NCBI RefSeq assembly: GCF_037042905.1
Contig: NC_087251.1
Span: forward strand, 24,430,001 to 24,494,000
Direction of reading: 5' to 3'
From: Lytechinus pictus
Taxonomy: Eukaryota
DNA length: 64,000 nucleotides
The notes beneath the pieces were generated by a model. It worked only from the letters and a program-made list of their open reading frames with translations. It was not told where the DNA came from and did not search any database. Below, piece by piece: positions 39,800 to 54,496 of the stretch (positions are counted from its first letter, which is position 1; every line of letters begins with the position of its first letter). The translations under genes and the position numbers were made by a program.

Positions 39800-40070
39800 C
39801 ATCAGCTATGGTATTCTCAAATTGGAAGGCTGATTCAAATCAAAACGGGGAGACCCTCCCCATTAACACTCCCGCCCAGTCCCACATGTGTACCGGCTTT
39901 AATCAATTGGATTTCCCTCCGTCCCCGTTCATGATCATCGCCAGTCCCAGACTCGACCCCAAAAATGCAGAAAAGCGGACAAATTTGAGGCTCGCGCCAC
40001 GATGCTGTCATCGGTAATCGACAGTGACGCGTCCCCCCTCTCACACCATTCTGGAATCCATCCATGAGTT
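39800..40070. promoter_or_regulatory. CpG-rich island, candidate enhancer
   Basis: GC-box-like CCCGCCC at ~39871, E-box CACATG, TAATCAATTGGATT 39900-39913 and CTGTCA (Meis-type). Confidence 0.35.
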
Positions 40071-43000
40071 TGCAATTTTTCTCCCAATTATATTTTCCTT
40101 CTGACTGGCATGCATTGGATTTGTGACCAAGCCAAGTTGAAGGTACGAGAGAGAGAGAGAGTGAGAGTGAATGATTAAAAACATCATGACTGTGTCATTC
40201 CTCTTCACAAAAGAGTTAGTCCCTGGAAAAGGTCAATACACTATTACCTACCTTCCCCAGTCATTTTGAAAATAAAGATCATGACATGGAGTATCATTTT
40301 GTAGAGTTGAGGACTATGACCAGCCCCAACATGAATATAAATTGAAAAAAAAATGTGAGAAAACATCAAACAAGCCTAACACTGAAAATGTTCTCCAACT
40401 TATATGTAAAATAATGGCATTTTTAAGTTTAACATTGTATTTCTGAATGATATGATATGCATGATTGTTGTTCAAATGAGAAAACTGATCTGGTCACATC
40501 ATGATCACCATATCTTTGTGTTTTATTATATGAAATCCAATTGTTTTAATTTTTCAATAGATTGACACAGGGTATACAAATGACTCCCCAAGGAACATGC
40601 ACTCATGATTACAGTAATGTACATGTAAATGATTCAACAGAGAAAATTTTCAACATCTAATCTATTAAAAATGATGGTTTTAATTTTGAATTTCAAGTTA
40701 GTTTCATTTCTTTATCTGAATAAAAAAAAGAAGAAAAAATGCCTCTTCAATTTAATCTTCCATCCCCCCTCTAAACTTCTGACATACTTTATTGTCGTAA
40801 TTCCATACTCTGGTAGAGTGTCAACACAGAATTTACAATGATGAAATAAAAACATCACTCCTAATTTGAGTATGATCCCTTGTAGGATTTACAAATTGTA
40901 ATAGATAATCTCATGATAAATGTACCAAAGACAAGATAATGTCCGTGACCATTCCTCATCGTTATGGGATCGTGGCAGTGACAGGGAAATTCCAAATTGA
41001 CCATTATTTTCTGTATGACTTTAACCAAGAACCTACAATTTTTCTTCTATTCTACTGACTTTTACAAAAATCAACCTTCTTATGGTAAAACATAAGTTAC
41101 GTGTTCTGCTCAAACTTGAAAAAAAAATCAATTATTCATAATTGTGAAAACAATTATGAATAATTGATTTTTTTTCACTATGAAGATAAACTTCAATTAA
41201 TTAGTTATTCTTTTGCATGTGTCAAAATTCACATTCTAAATCTCCATTCCTTTCATTTGGTTTATCTGCCTGTAATATTATTTTAATACCTACACTTTCT
41301 TAACTTCTTTTGAGTGGAATGTTGAAAATTACAAAGAATGAACAAGGGCAATCGTTTTAGAATTTACAATTCTGATCCATTAAAAAAATTTCAATGGATA
41401 ACTTGTATCTAGTAGAATTCATAAGTTCCTTTCCCTTTCACATATTGGTTATTGACACTGGATAGCCTCTTTCTTTGTAAGATGGGAAAGTGACAGATGA
41501 CAAATGATGAGATCTCATAGCGGCCATTCTCAATCTCTACTCAACCAAGAAAGAGTGGATGTAACACAGTTGGAGGTTAGTTTTTAAAGCTAATCATTCC
41601 ACCACCCCTCAAGATATCCACCATGTTTACCAGGCTCAAAGGCTTCCCCATTGATGAAGTCCAACACCATTCCTGTTTATTTCGCACCTTTTTCCCATCG
41701 CCCTGCGGTCGTTTCCAACGGTCAACGTGCTACCGCTTCTTTGATCTCTAGCTATTCTGGCTCGCGTCATCGACCCGGTCCACTCCTCTATGACCTATGA
41801 ACTTGTGTTGTTTCAATAAACAATGTGACTTCTCTTCTCAGAGTGGTGGATTACCAAACTCTTGCCATCCTGACATTTCATCTTGGACACATCTCAACCA
41901 AAATTTTCAAGATGATGGCTCGACTCACAAATCAACACCCTCTCCGCACCATCCAAACTTCATTGACCCCTATAGCACAAGAAGTGAACGTCGGTGCAGC
42001 TAGGTCCATTATAGAATTATTTTCTAAAGTAAATAGATAAACTATAATTGGTAAGAGAATAAGGAAAGCAGCCTAGGGATATCTCTTCCCTCGTGTTTCG
42101 CTTTCCATTTTTGCCAGAAATTCATAACATTTCTAGAAAGTGCTTTGCCACTTTGGAAGTAATTTGCCCCTGTTTGTGCACTTGGTAAACTGTAATGTAT
42201 TGTAATCAGAATATTTTTTACCCTTTCTCTGAGAATGTTGAAAATGCTACAAAACTTACAAGTTGTTTGTAAAAAAAAAAAAAAAAAAAATTGCCTTTAC
42301 GCTTTACACATTTGACTTCTTCACAAATACAAGTAAAGGGGGTAGCACACTAAACCTTTGAAGAAAGGCTTTCTTACCTCTAGGGAGAGGGTGTATATGA
42401 TTTAAAATCATAAAACAGATCATAATCATAAATTTATGTTTGAGACCAATAATTCTTTAACTTCAAGCTTTAAGAGAAAAATCACAAAAATCAATGAATG
42501 TTGTCTATTAAAAAAACAACACCAGCAAACTAGATTTGATGATTCATTTGAATGAGTAAAAGCTTGGTAGTAAGGTTTCTCCTACTAGATTTCCATCCAT
42601 TGAGCCAGAAGCCAAGCTGACCTGTCATAATTGCCATACACACTAAAAATTGTCATTAATCACAAGATATTTAGGTCATCCTCCATTCAGCTCATAACTG
42701 ATCAAAGTTTTGAACAGGCACGACAAGTTTAACCTAATACGGACATAGCGCGTAAGCTCTTCTAATAATAAATAAAAAGAGGGAATTCCTCATCCCAGAG
42801 ATGGCGCCCATGTAAATTGCTGAAGAGACATCACGTTTAATACAAAGTGCTAATGCTAGGCTCTCCATCTCATTCTTCAAATGATTCTTGCTTTTCTAAC
42901 TATGGTCAATGTTTCTTGGATTCCCTCTTTAAAAGTTATAATAATTTCAATGCAAGCTACTATTGTGTTGCATAAGATACCTAATTTGGTGGATATCTTC

Positions 43001-46000
43001 AATAAGGTGATATCATTCCACAAAACAGTGATATGGAAATAAGGGAACCAATGATGTCACTCACTCACTCACTTTTCTTTTCTATTTTATTATATGAAAT
43101 AAGATTATGTTTTACCGAATTCATTTTAATGTTTGATTCCTTTATGAATGCAACTATGTGGAATTGCGATTGTAGTAAACTATTTTATTCCCCCTAAAGA
43201 TCATTCTCTAAAATCTTGTGGAGTACAGAGAAAGATAAATACTTGTATGTGCAAAGGTGTACAATAGGAAAACAGTGAAAAGAGGGTAATTTGTTACCTT
43301 TACCTTGGTAAATTGAGTGCTAATTCAATTATGGAATGTCTGTTACATGTCAGGGAAAGTTTCTCTACTTGATATCACAGTGGTATCACACTATGTCGTC
43401 CAAGCTCAGCTAATTGCAAGCACAACACTCTCAAACTACCAATTGGATTTCGGTTTCAATTTCGTGTCAGCTTTCATGCTGAGCTGTTTTCAGCTCTGCA
43501 GGGTTGAGAGTCCTAACCCCCCCCCCCTTCCCTCATTTAACTGGACCCATGGCTGTGAGGGCATGTATAAACTGGGACAAATCAAAGGGGCTCTTCACAA
43601 AATTGCATTCCAGCTGAAAACTAAAATGTAAAATCACCATTTGCCATGAAGTAACTGCATTTTCAAATGAAACACTTTGAACATGCTGGATTCATACCTA
43701 TCATGGTTTTATTTCATTCCGCAAAGGCTGATTCTGCCTCGGCAAGAGAATTCAAATTTTAAAAATTTGAATTCCTTTGCCCTGTTAAATACATAAATTA
43801 TGACATTACATGTCTCCTTCAACATATACTTCCTACAAACTGCATGAAACACAATATGATGCATCTTAAATTATTATTCATAATGTTTAGGTCTACTCAA
43901 TAACGATTAGGCCTATCTTATATCTTAACAAAGTACCATATTCTAGTGATGCAAGCCACTAGCATAATTCTATACAATATATGAGATTATATATATATAT
44001 AAATAGTTATAGGTCTTCAATGCTAAATTTCATTAAAATATGAAAACTTGTATGATAGGCCAGCACAGGCCTGATATTAATAATCAAAGTGGATTATAAA
44101 ATGTTTCTCATCAAACGATTAGGCCACACAGTGAACATGTACCTTTATCACTAGGGGGTCCTATAATCAGGAATGACTTAGTTCACAAGTAATTAAATCA
44201 GTTCCCTCACATGACCTTCTACTTACATTTGAATTCTGAAGAAAAGGTAAAATTCTGAGCTGTGATACAGTAGTCACTATAAATCTGATATTGTTTTAAT
44301 CACCTTTTTTTTTCTTTTTAATTGTAAAAAATTATTGTAAATATTAACAGACAAGCAAAAAGTATAGATTTTTCTTCAAAGAATAATTTGTAGCTTCTTA
44401 GAAATCATGAAACATGATGATTAAAAATGAATTTATTACACCCGCTCAATGCTGATAAATTATTTCATCTTCATGGTATAGCTTATGATGAGTTTTTTAT
44501 GATCAAATAAGGTAGGGAATTACAAGAATTAGCAATCCAGTATTTTTAGAGGATTTGATTCATACGCAGATCTTTATAACCAAAAATTTGAAAATCTGTG
44601 TTTGAATTATTTTTTTTTAATTTTTTTCTGCTTGCTTTTCAAGGTCATTTTTATGTTGCTAAATTAATACATTTATTATTTTGAACCAATTATATTAAAA
44701 CAAAAAAATCACCCATTTTCAAATAAGGGTCAACTGCCTCTCAATTAGAGCAAAACATGTAGGCCTATACTACTGAGCTCTGTAAAGGGACACATCTGCC
44801 TAAAATTACAACTATCATACAGAATGGATAATTAAGAGTTACATTTCGCCCTGCTCCGTCGACACTAATCCCATTTAAGTAAATGAGATAGATTTATAGC
44901 AGCTAATGTATGCATTACCAGTTGGAAATGGGGAATATTGCATTACTGGATAAAACTAGTGTACATAATTTAGGCTTGGCAATACAAACTGATTATGATT
45001 TACATCAGATTTAAAATGGAAGGCCTGCACTAATAAGAATTTAAAATAAACATAAACTCTTTGACTTAATTAATAGTAAAAATAAAAATAAAGAAAGAAA
45101 TGAAGACACACAGCGAGAGAAAGAGAGACAGACATATGGAGGAAGAGAGAGTGAGGGGGGGGGGGAAGAACTTGCCAGTAATTAACTACTCCCGTTCTCA
45201 CTCCTACTAAAAGGCATGTTCATACCAAGCATGTCATGAACTGCATTGCTGTATCAATATTTTCCTATATTTTTTTCAATGAGGAACTAACAATAATGTA
45301 CCTTTGTTCATACAATTTTTTTTAAAGGTAAAATTGGGTCAAATCTGACTAAGGCCAATATGGGATACCAAGTTTAGCATAACCAAAATCACTTGCTGGG
45401 TAAGACAACAATGTCCACAAGCATCATGAGATGAAAGAAAGAGGGCTTTTGAGGGTTCTACCGCAGAAGATCAAACAAGAAATATCTACAATCTGGAGAT
45501 GGTATAATTGAATCTCCCAGTGGGAGTACAAGTCTCCATGACTTTCACTTTTCTTCCTCCTCTGTGACCAGCCTGGGTGCGTCTTGCCATTCTTTCCCTT
45601 TTTTTTCTTCATCTGCTTGAAATTGAAATGTGCTAACAGCAATGTTATGATAGCGGAAATAGTTATGGAAATATGACTAGGTGATTGCTAGATGGCATGA
45701 AGAGACATAATGGAGGAGTGGAATGAAGAAGAGTTGGCAGGATTTGATCAGAATCTTTCTTGTGATGAAGGATAAAGTCTCTGACAATGCTTTACCAAGG
45801 TATCAAAGAATGCAGAAAATGAAGGAACATGTTGGCCTGATGGCCTCTTTGACAAAGTGGTCTAAATCTGATCAAATTCAATTTTTAAAAAAATGATTGA
45901 AATAAGCACGCGACTATATATCTCTAGCTCCAAAAAGATGTATGGAGTATGATTCCCATTCCATGTCTTTGAAGTACCTATCTCAATCTATATCTCATCT

Positions 46001-46525
46001 TAGAGACCTTCTCTTCTTTCTTTCCACATGTCTGCCAACATCAAAGCCTCTCTTCTCTATCAATTTCTTCTTCTTTTCTTTTCTTGTTTTATGAAGATGT
46101 AGATCATTAACCGTGAATGTTATCAGTGTTTAGATACTGCTGCGCCTCTCACTACATCACTTTGTAATGATCAACTGAGCTCTATTTGGTAATGCTCTGG
46201 TTGCTTATTCTACACTTGGGAGTAATTCCCGGTCCATCCTGTCAAAGTCTTTTTGTGTGTAGTGCTTGACTTTGAGAACATATACTGAATTAAAAACAAA
46301 GAGCAAAATACTGGCTAGCAGCCATTAAACTATATATGTTTCTCCCTTTCTATTTAAGAGAGAGGTCCACATTGCCTTGAAGTGGTTTAAATAAAAAGCG
46401 GAGAAAATATTGATGAAAGAATTATCAAATCCCATCAAAGAATAGCAAGAGATGTGGATTATTCAAGGTTTATATCGTGATGTGACATGTACAGCTTCTC
46501 CCCATGGTGACAAAACAAGTGCTCA

Positions 46526-46726
46526 GGCCTGCGACATTTGCTCTGGTCTTAATATCTCAGAGGGCAAAGGGTTAGAGTTAAAATTTTAATAGAATTTTGG
46601 GTTTAGAATAATGTAAAGGTAAGGATTATGGTTCATTTAGTTTTTTAGGTTTGGTTTTACGTTTGTCTAAACGTGCAGATTTTCCATCGGAGCAATTGTC
46701 ACCGGAGCAAATGTCATGGAAACGCC
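46526..46726. mobile_element. Short MITE with (GG)GTTAG-like interior
   Basis: GACATTTGCTC / GGAGCAATTGTC..GGAGCAAATGTC inverted repeats around degenerate GGGTTAG/GGGTTTAG words. Confidence 0.6.
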
Positions 46727-46936
46727 CCACATATCGTGTCGTATAAGTCCAATAAATTCCCAATTTAAATAGTTCACAATGATTGATAATATGTTTCTCA
46801 TAGGTGCTTGTATGCATTGCATAGAATCCTAGTTGACCTGTACAGGCCTGTGTCGCACTAAGAAGTGGGTGGGTTTGAAATAAGGAGGAAAAAGCTTTGA
46901 TTAAAAAATATTAAAAAACCTCTGGAATGCAGATCT

Positions 46937-48128
46937 GGGGCTCATTTCATTAAGGGTGTTGACTATTTCAACTTAAAAGTCAAGTCCACCTAAAAAAATG
47001 TTGATTTGAATTAATAGGGAAAAATCAGACAAGCATTATGCTAAAAATTTCATCAAAATCGGAGGTAAAGTAAGAAAGTTTATGACATTTTAAAGTTTCG
47101 CTTATTTTTCACACAATAGTTATATGCACAGTTCTAGTCACATGCAAATGAGAGAATCGATGATGTCCCCCACTCACTATTTCTTTTGATTTTTATTGCT
47201 CAAATTATACATTATTTTTGCAGATTTGACAATGAGGACCAAGCAATGGTAATTCAACATGTTCAGGGAGAAATAAAACTTTGTTTCACATGACAATGAG
47301 GAGAAACTTAGAATATTTCATATTTCATATAATAAAATACAAAAGAAATAGTGAGTGAGTGATGTCATCAGTTCCCTCATTTGCATACTGACCGGGATGT
47401 GCATGTAACTGTTTTGTGAAATTAAGCGAAACTTTAAAATGTCATAACTTTCTTATTTTACATCCAATTTTGATGAAATTTTCAGTATTATGCTTTTTGG
47501 ATTTTTCTCTTTTTATTCAAATCAACTTTTCACTGGGGTGGGCTTGTCCTTTAACCATTATGGCAACTACCATGGAACAGGGCTCAGCAGCCAACCAAAA
47601 TCAAGGATTCCATGGAAGTTACATTAGGTGGTTTCAGACCACCTCGAAGTTCGTCAGTTCCAGGTATTCTCTGATCGGGAAATTTACCCCGATCAGAAAA
47701 TACCAGGTATTTTGGTAATGTGAAAGCAAACTACGCGTAATTTCCCCGAAAGAAAATACCCGCTAAATAGTAGGTACTTGGCGAAATTACGAGAACTTTC
47801 TCGGGGATTTTTCCAAGGTCGCAGGTATTTTGGCAATGTGAAAGCAATTTACGGGAACTTTTAGCCCAGCGTGTCGTTGGGCGCGGGCGCCGTGGGTGGC
47901 TGCTGGGCTAGTAGTTTTGAATCACGCGCCTTGCCTGCTTATTAGACCATACTGCGCATGCTCCTAACTTCAGGAATTTATCCCGAAGGGTATGTTTCGG
48001 GGCGGTGTGAATGCAGGAATAATTAATGGGTATTTTTTAGCCTAAAAATGTTCTCGTAATTTAACAGGGATTCTTGTGATCCGCCTAATAATGACAAAGT
48101 TGTTGTCAGTCTTTACGAAACAGGCCCC
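46937..48128. mobile_element. Host MITE split by two independent insertions (46977-47550 and 47627-48085)
   Basis: Host termini GGGGCTCATTTCATTAAG / CTTTACGAAACAGGCCCC. Insert 1 is a Kolobok-like MITE with TTAA at 46973-46976 and 47551-47554. Insert 2 is TA|GGTGGTTTCAGACC...GATCCGCC|TA. Confidence 0.8.
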
Positions 48129-49947
48129 TACTGTCTATTATATTCCATTTGGATCCGTGCTTTGTCTATTATTCTAGCTTAAGGTAGACTGAGAACACCC
48201 TTGCAGTACTAGAGGAAAGAAGACCCCCATCCCTTGGAAAACATCTTGCCACTTCACCAAACGTAACAACATCCCCAAGAACCCTCTTCAAATGACTGGG
48301 GGAATTTACGACCCTCTCCAAGCCAAACAGGCAAAGTCACCCTGCCAGCTTGATGATATATATGGACTTCGTCCCCGTCATTAATGAAGCCCCAAATTAC
48401 AGGCCAGATTCCCTCTCACCATCGTATTTAATGAGCCGTTCATCCAGGCAAGTCTGCTTTGTCATCCAGGGACTTCAAAAGATGGGTCTAACATGACATT
48501 GACAGAGCAGTCAAAGTTAGTCGGTTCATTTTCAATTAAAAAACATGCCAGTTGATGTAATAATACCAATATTACCATCCATTTTGTGTACTTAATGTCT
48601 GTGGAGTGACAAAACACCATGTACATGCATAAAGTGTACACCTGGGAAACGAATGTCATCATGAATAAACTTATCCCTAACTTACAACAATGCACTTCAA
48701 GGGCAAAGCAAGGACCCGAGTTCCACAGCTAATTATCTAATTCACAGACCTGATGCAATTTTACAGTATCACCAACCCTGTGCCAATAGCTGGATTGGAA
48801 GAGTGACAATCACAATAAAGAGAAGCGTGACATCGTTTGTATAAAAGTCTATTAACGAGTATATACGTGACGCCATGGATGTATCAAGCATGCCGTTGTG
48901 TGGTAAGCAAACACGGCGTTCTACAGCATATGGTTCACACTGAGGTGACTTCTCCCTATATTTCTATTTTTCGAAAATCAATAATTCATGTAATTGACAA
49001 TAAATATTTGATATTATCTCCAACAGAAGTCATCTCATTATACTTGTTTCTCCTCTGCAGTAAAGCCTAAAGCACATGTGCCATGTACATTGTTTATACT
49101 AGTGAAGAAAATTATTTACTCTATGTTGAAATGAAATCATAATCCTTTTGTCAAAGGTTACATTAACTGAAACAAGTTCATAAGAACTGGATATAGTTAA
49201 TATAGAAATTCTTCAATATCTGTTTCACACAAATATTGAAGTTGTTTTTATTTCATCAAAAGAGACTACTATTTTGGGGCCTTTTCAATATTCTCTACAA
49301 AATATTGGTCCTTAATTGTCTACACAAGCACATAGAAGTATCCTTTTTCTTAAATTTTCCTGAATTTCCCCTTCTTTATTTTCATTTATTTATTTATTTA
49401 TTTTTTTTTGGGGGGGAGAGGTGTCAGTTTAGTATTATAGGAGCTGAATTGATCAATATCAATGTTGTGATGATGTAAATTATGAAAAAACTCTTTCCAA
49501 AATAATGATTAAGAGGATTTTGTTCTTCTCAAAACAAGAAATCCTTCATGTAAATCATATCATCGTCAAGGTACCAATGTTAATGACCATCGATACTGTG
49601 ACTGGCTAAGTTATGTCCTAAGGTGGCAGCATTTCTAACAGATTATGGCAGGCTCACAACATTAGTTTTACACAGTTGGTAAGTTTATTTGTTATAAAAG
49701 GGTTCTGCATTTGAATTTGAACAAAATTACTTTTTGTATTTGTAATGTGAGCGGGAATTGCCTTAGATTGCTTTAGATCTGAGCATTTACATATTTCGCA
49801 CACCTACAAGTATATTTATGGCCCTGACTAAACTCGTTTAATAGCATGTTATATGGGGATTTTAAGAAAAATGGAGGGGGTGGGGGAGGGAGGGTTGAAC
49901 ACCTGTAATTTATTAAGATATTGACGAGTATTTTGGAGAAACACATA

Positions 49948-50415
49948 GACCCTGTTCTCATTACAGTCCTAAAACTAGTTTAGTAAAAACCAGTTTAATG
50001 TAAACTAGTTTTACGTGTGATGGGAATGCTCAAAGCGGACTCGGGAGTGTTCTTCCAAACCAGTTTGGAAAACTGCTTTGCCTCGTTAAACTAGTGTAAG
50101 CGTTGGTGAGGACACAACCGTTCTTCAGGAAGCAATCTTCGCAAATGTTTAGCACACTACTCCAAACACTGAGTAGAATGTCTTCGCTACAGTTTAAAAG
50201 TTTGCATGGAACATGTCACCCCTCTGAGAGCGTTCCCATAACAACAAGACCGCTTTACATGAAGTAGTGTTGAAAAACATTTCCGGGTGATCAGATGGGA
50301 ACGCTAGCAAAGCGATCTTCCAAACAGATTTCCTAAATTGGTTTCCACTAACTAGTTTTTAGAAAGTATACTGATTTCTACTAACTAGTTTTAGAAAGTA
50401 TACTGAGAATGGGTC
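49948..50415. mobile_element. MITE with AAACTAGTTT subterminal palindromes
   Basis: TIRs GACCC(T)GTTCTCA..TAAAACTAGTT / AACTAGTTTTAG..TGAGAATGGGTC. Confidence 0.75.
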
Positions 50416-53059
50416 ACAATGTCACAAAGTGCCACATAGTCTGTTTTTTAAAAGGTCAAAAGTACAAAGAAGACAGATCAGTTATATGTTCAAATTAAAT
50501 TCATATCACTTTTTACAAGAAAAAAAAGTACAATCAAATACTGTTTATTTTAATAGTTTGTATAAGGTGGCATATGATGCTCATAAATCATGAAATAGTA
50601 TCACGGGAATCAAGTAAGATGCCCCCCAAAAAACAGGTCAAATTTAAACCAATACAAATGATTAAAATGGATGACGGACTAAATTAGAGAAAATGGAAAG
50701 GAGTATGGCAAACTGATATTTTATCTACAGAAGAGTGTCAGAAGCAAATGAAGGAAGCATTACAAAGAAAGACTAAATAATGAGACAGATGGCCATCCAA
50801 TCTGGACCACTGCCTACTCATGCTTGTTTTCAAAACATCACACACACATAATTAGTCTCATTCATAACAATACATATCAAAGCTCATTCAGAAAAAAAGA
50901 AAGTAGGCCTATCACACAGAGATATGACATTTCTAGAGATCTCCATATACATGTTTTATTTTGTTATAATGATGTGTGTATGCTATTTTTCTTTTGTTAT
51001 CAGGAGGAAGATATCAGATTTACGAGTTAACTGAAGGTGAGAACAGATATTTTTCTCAAAGGTCAAACGCTTCTTTACACTTGATGGCCCAAATTTACAA
51101 AGGTGATTTTGAAACTGAATTTAATGCAAGATTGCAAGGATATTAAGAAAGGTTAATGCTGGTTTCAGACAAAGGGCATAGAATTCATGCTTGTTGCAAT
51201 GGTTTGATTTCATGGTAAATCTAGATAAGCTTAAAAAACACATTTACTACTAACTGATATAAAAGTAAAGAAATGAGCAAATTAATTCTTGAACATGGTA
51301 TGAAAAGTGTGACCTGTGAAATATGAAAAGAGGGATTTTGACATTTAATACAGTTATATGCTCATTCATGCATGACTTGGCAGATCTATTTCATTTTTAC
51401 TATAAAAAAAACAGTCAATAAGTAAAAAATTCTTTAAATGGTTCATCCCTTAGTAAAAGGGAAATTTACTTTTTGTGCTTTGTTTATTATCAAATTATCT
51501 AAAATTTCTGGAGCAGGCCAATGTATTTGCTCAACACATTCCCCCTTTACCCCCAAACAAATAGGTTCAACGTTCTCGCTACCACGCGTCACGGTTGGCG
51601 GGCGCCGACAACCCTGAAAATTTTCAGGGCAAATCCGCCAACCGTGAACTTCCCTGACAACCGTGGCCGACAACTGTAAAACAGGCCTAGATCCACACAA
51701 AAAACTGAATAATATATTTAAAATAAAAACAATCTGCTTTTCAGATCCTAAAATAAACTTACGATTTCTTCCCGGGATTTCTTTGCTTCGCTACTATGCT
51801 GTATACGATACGACCTCGACTCGAGGCCCAATTTAACTCTCTCTCTCTTATCTGGGAAGTGCGAAGATGTTTACCTCGCATTTGCGTATCGCATTGCTCT
51901 CATTATTTACGTCTTTAAAATGGTAGTAAAATACGCTCAAAAATAAAGTGAGAAGAGAGGGGTACCGTGGGTTACTGGGTTGGGCAATGTAATTTAGATG
52001 TTACGAATTTCAGTTGATATTGTCATTTATTTTGTCAAAAGTAAAGTGTGTCAAAAAATAATATAAAAATTCGATCGAAATTTAGTTTCATCTCGTCCCA
52101 GGCCCCAGCCTTATTATAGCTACATCTACATGAATTCATTGAATGCATTTCTGATGACACTGCCGTAGAACGAATTGAGAAAATTATTAAAAGATCACAT
52201 TAATAATGACAAAGCCACAGCCACAGGAATGGATTGATATAATGTCCAACTCATTTACTTACAGCAAAATGATTATTCACATTTATATTCCAATTTTACT
52301 CCATAATTTCCAAAGTCTTGATCTCTACATCGATCTTTTGAAAGTGTTGATTAATTTCGCGACGGTGTGTCTACCAAGTTCTGTGTCACTGCACTAGCGC
52401 TCGCCATGGCCACATACATAATACAAATATCGCACATGGCATCAAAATCTATCCGAGTCTTCCAAAATCAGATGGGATCCAAAACCGATTTGAATGTTTT
52501 TTTTTTCTTCAGATATTCATTGAATCTGTTATAATATATATAAAGTAATAATCTTTATTAATTTTATTCATGCTTTTTATCATATTACGACTCATTTTTT
52601 AATGTGAGTTACACGTACAGTGTATTTTCATTTGTATTGTTCTTTATTACTCTTTGCCTGCCAATTAGTCATTACAGTGAATGCTTCATGAATTTGTTGT
52701 ACAATTGCTTAACAACTCCCGGTAACAACTACGATTTAAAATAAAATATTATTTGAAATTAATTTGTGTAAAGGAGAAAGAGAATAATGGGAGGTGGTCG
52801 TGGGCAATGTAAATGAAAATGATGGGATGTTTGTGACTTTGTGGGGGAGGGGATTGGCGAAAAGAAGTCAATGTTCGGAGCGAATTAAATTAATATTGTT
52901 TTATGGATGTGTCTACTGTGATTGTGGCTGCATAATCTTTATGGCGAGTGGAAAATCAACCCTTGGACTTGGTCGGGAGGGGTACGTGATTCAATAGATT
53001 TCAATAAAAGTACACATTCAACAAAGTGGAATTGACAATTCATTAACAGATATTCATTT

Positions 53060-53216
53060 CAGGGCCGCGGAAACAGGGGGGGGGGGGGGGCTGGGTGGGC
53101 TTCAGCTCCCCCACTTTTTTTTCCAAAACCGTGTACAAAAACAGGACCACCTGATTGCGTTTTTTGCATGGTGGTCAGCCCCCCCCCCCACTTTCAAGAC
53201 CTTTCCGCGGCCCCTG
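53060..53216. mobile_element. Small hAT-like MITE nested in the 3.6-kb element
   Basis: CAGGGCCGCGGAAA ... TTTCCGCGGCCCCTG, with G-run/C-run GGGCT..AGCCC subterminal motifs. CATTTCA on both sides. Confidence 0.7.
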
Positions 53217-54100
53217 CATTTCAAGTACGAATTATTGAAGTTGATATGTGTGAACGTTTTAGAGCTAGATGTATTTCGTTTGCCCACGCCCACATGAGTC
53301 GCTAGTATAATTTGAATATCGCTGGATGAATTTTTCAATTTCACTTATGTCGTTATATATGTTTGTTTTATATCGGAATTGTGTTTTATATATAGAGTTA
53401 TCTTTACAACGTCGTTAGCCTAATTACTGCGAGTGGATTATATTTATGAAATGAATTGGAATGTGAACGAGACGCCCCAAAGCCGATGGCACGTGATCTA
53501 ATTAGTATTCACTTTCTGGGTTGAGCCAATCATTGTGCTTGAAAACGGGCTTCCCCGAATTCCCGCCCTTGGAATGACTGTGTACCATGTGCGTGACCTG
53601 TTAACCTGTTGTATGAATGCGAATCAGCTGGTTTCGTGACCTCAAATATTCTTCATGTTGTTTACGCTGGATGGGGGCTATAAAAAGATCTTTCTGACTC
53701 TTTTTTTTTTTTCAATTTTAATAATCTGTTCGTGAATTTCTGTAACTTGAAAACTGATGCAATTTATTGAATCACGTACCTCGGTCTTCCCACTCATGGT
53801 GCAAGAAAATATTTTAAAAATTTTAAATCGCCAAAATATACATGTAAAGAAAGATTATTCAGCCGTCATCATCAGTAGTAGTATAGACATGTCTATAAAT
53901 ATGCATTCGCTTCGAATATTGACTTCTTCACCAATCCCACACACACGTACGATCTCAACATCCCCTTGTCATTGTCCACGCCACGACCCCTCCCCTTTCG
54001 CGCTCCCCCTTCGACCATCCTAGCTACAACCCTCCCCCCCCTCTTCCTCTCTTTCACACACGCTGTATTTGTAGGCCTACATAGTGCATTATTTAAAAAT

Positions 54101-54496
54101 ACAAATCTGCTTTCCTGTCAATTAAGCTTTACTTTCTAAACATTTTAAATCGCAATTAATTATAATAAGAACAAAATCGTAATATTAAAGTATGATGAAT
54201 GACTAAAAATATTTCTCCCGCTCGTGATGGACACATTCATTATTTTATAGGCGAGTATAGAACAATACAAATGAACATATAGCAATAATTGACAGTGAGT
54301 ATAAATCTACTTTCCTGTCAATTAAGCTTTACTTTTAAAACATTTTAAATCGCAATTAATTATAATAAGAACAAAATCGTAATATTAAAGTATGATGAAT
54401 GACTAAAAATATTTCTCCCGCTCGTGATGGACACATTCATTATTTTATAGGCGAGTATAGAACAATACAAATGAACATAGCAATAATTGACAGTGA
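54101..54496. repeat. Recent 200-bp tandem duplication
   Basis: 54101-54300 and 54301-54496 are nearly identical, differing by a few substitutions and one 2-bp indel. Confidence 0.92.
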
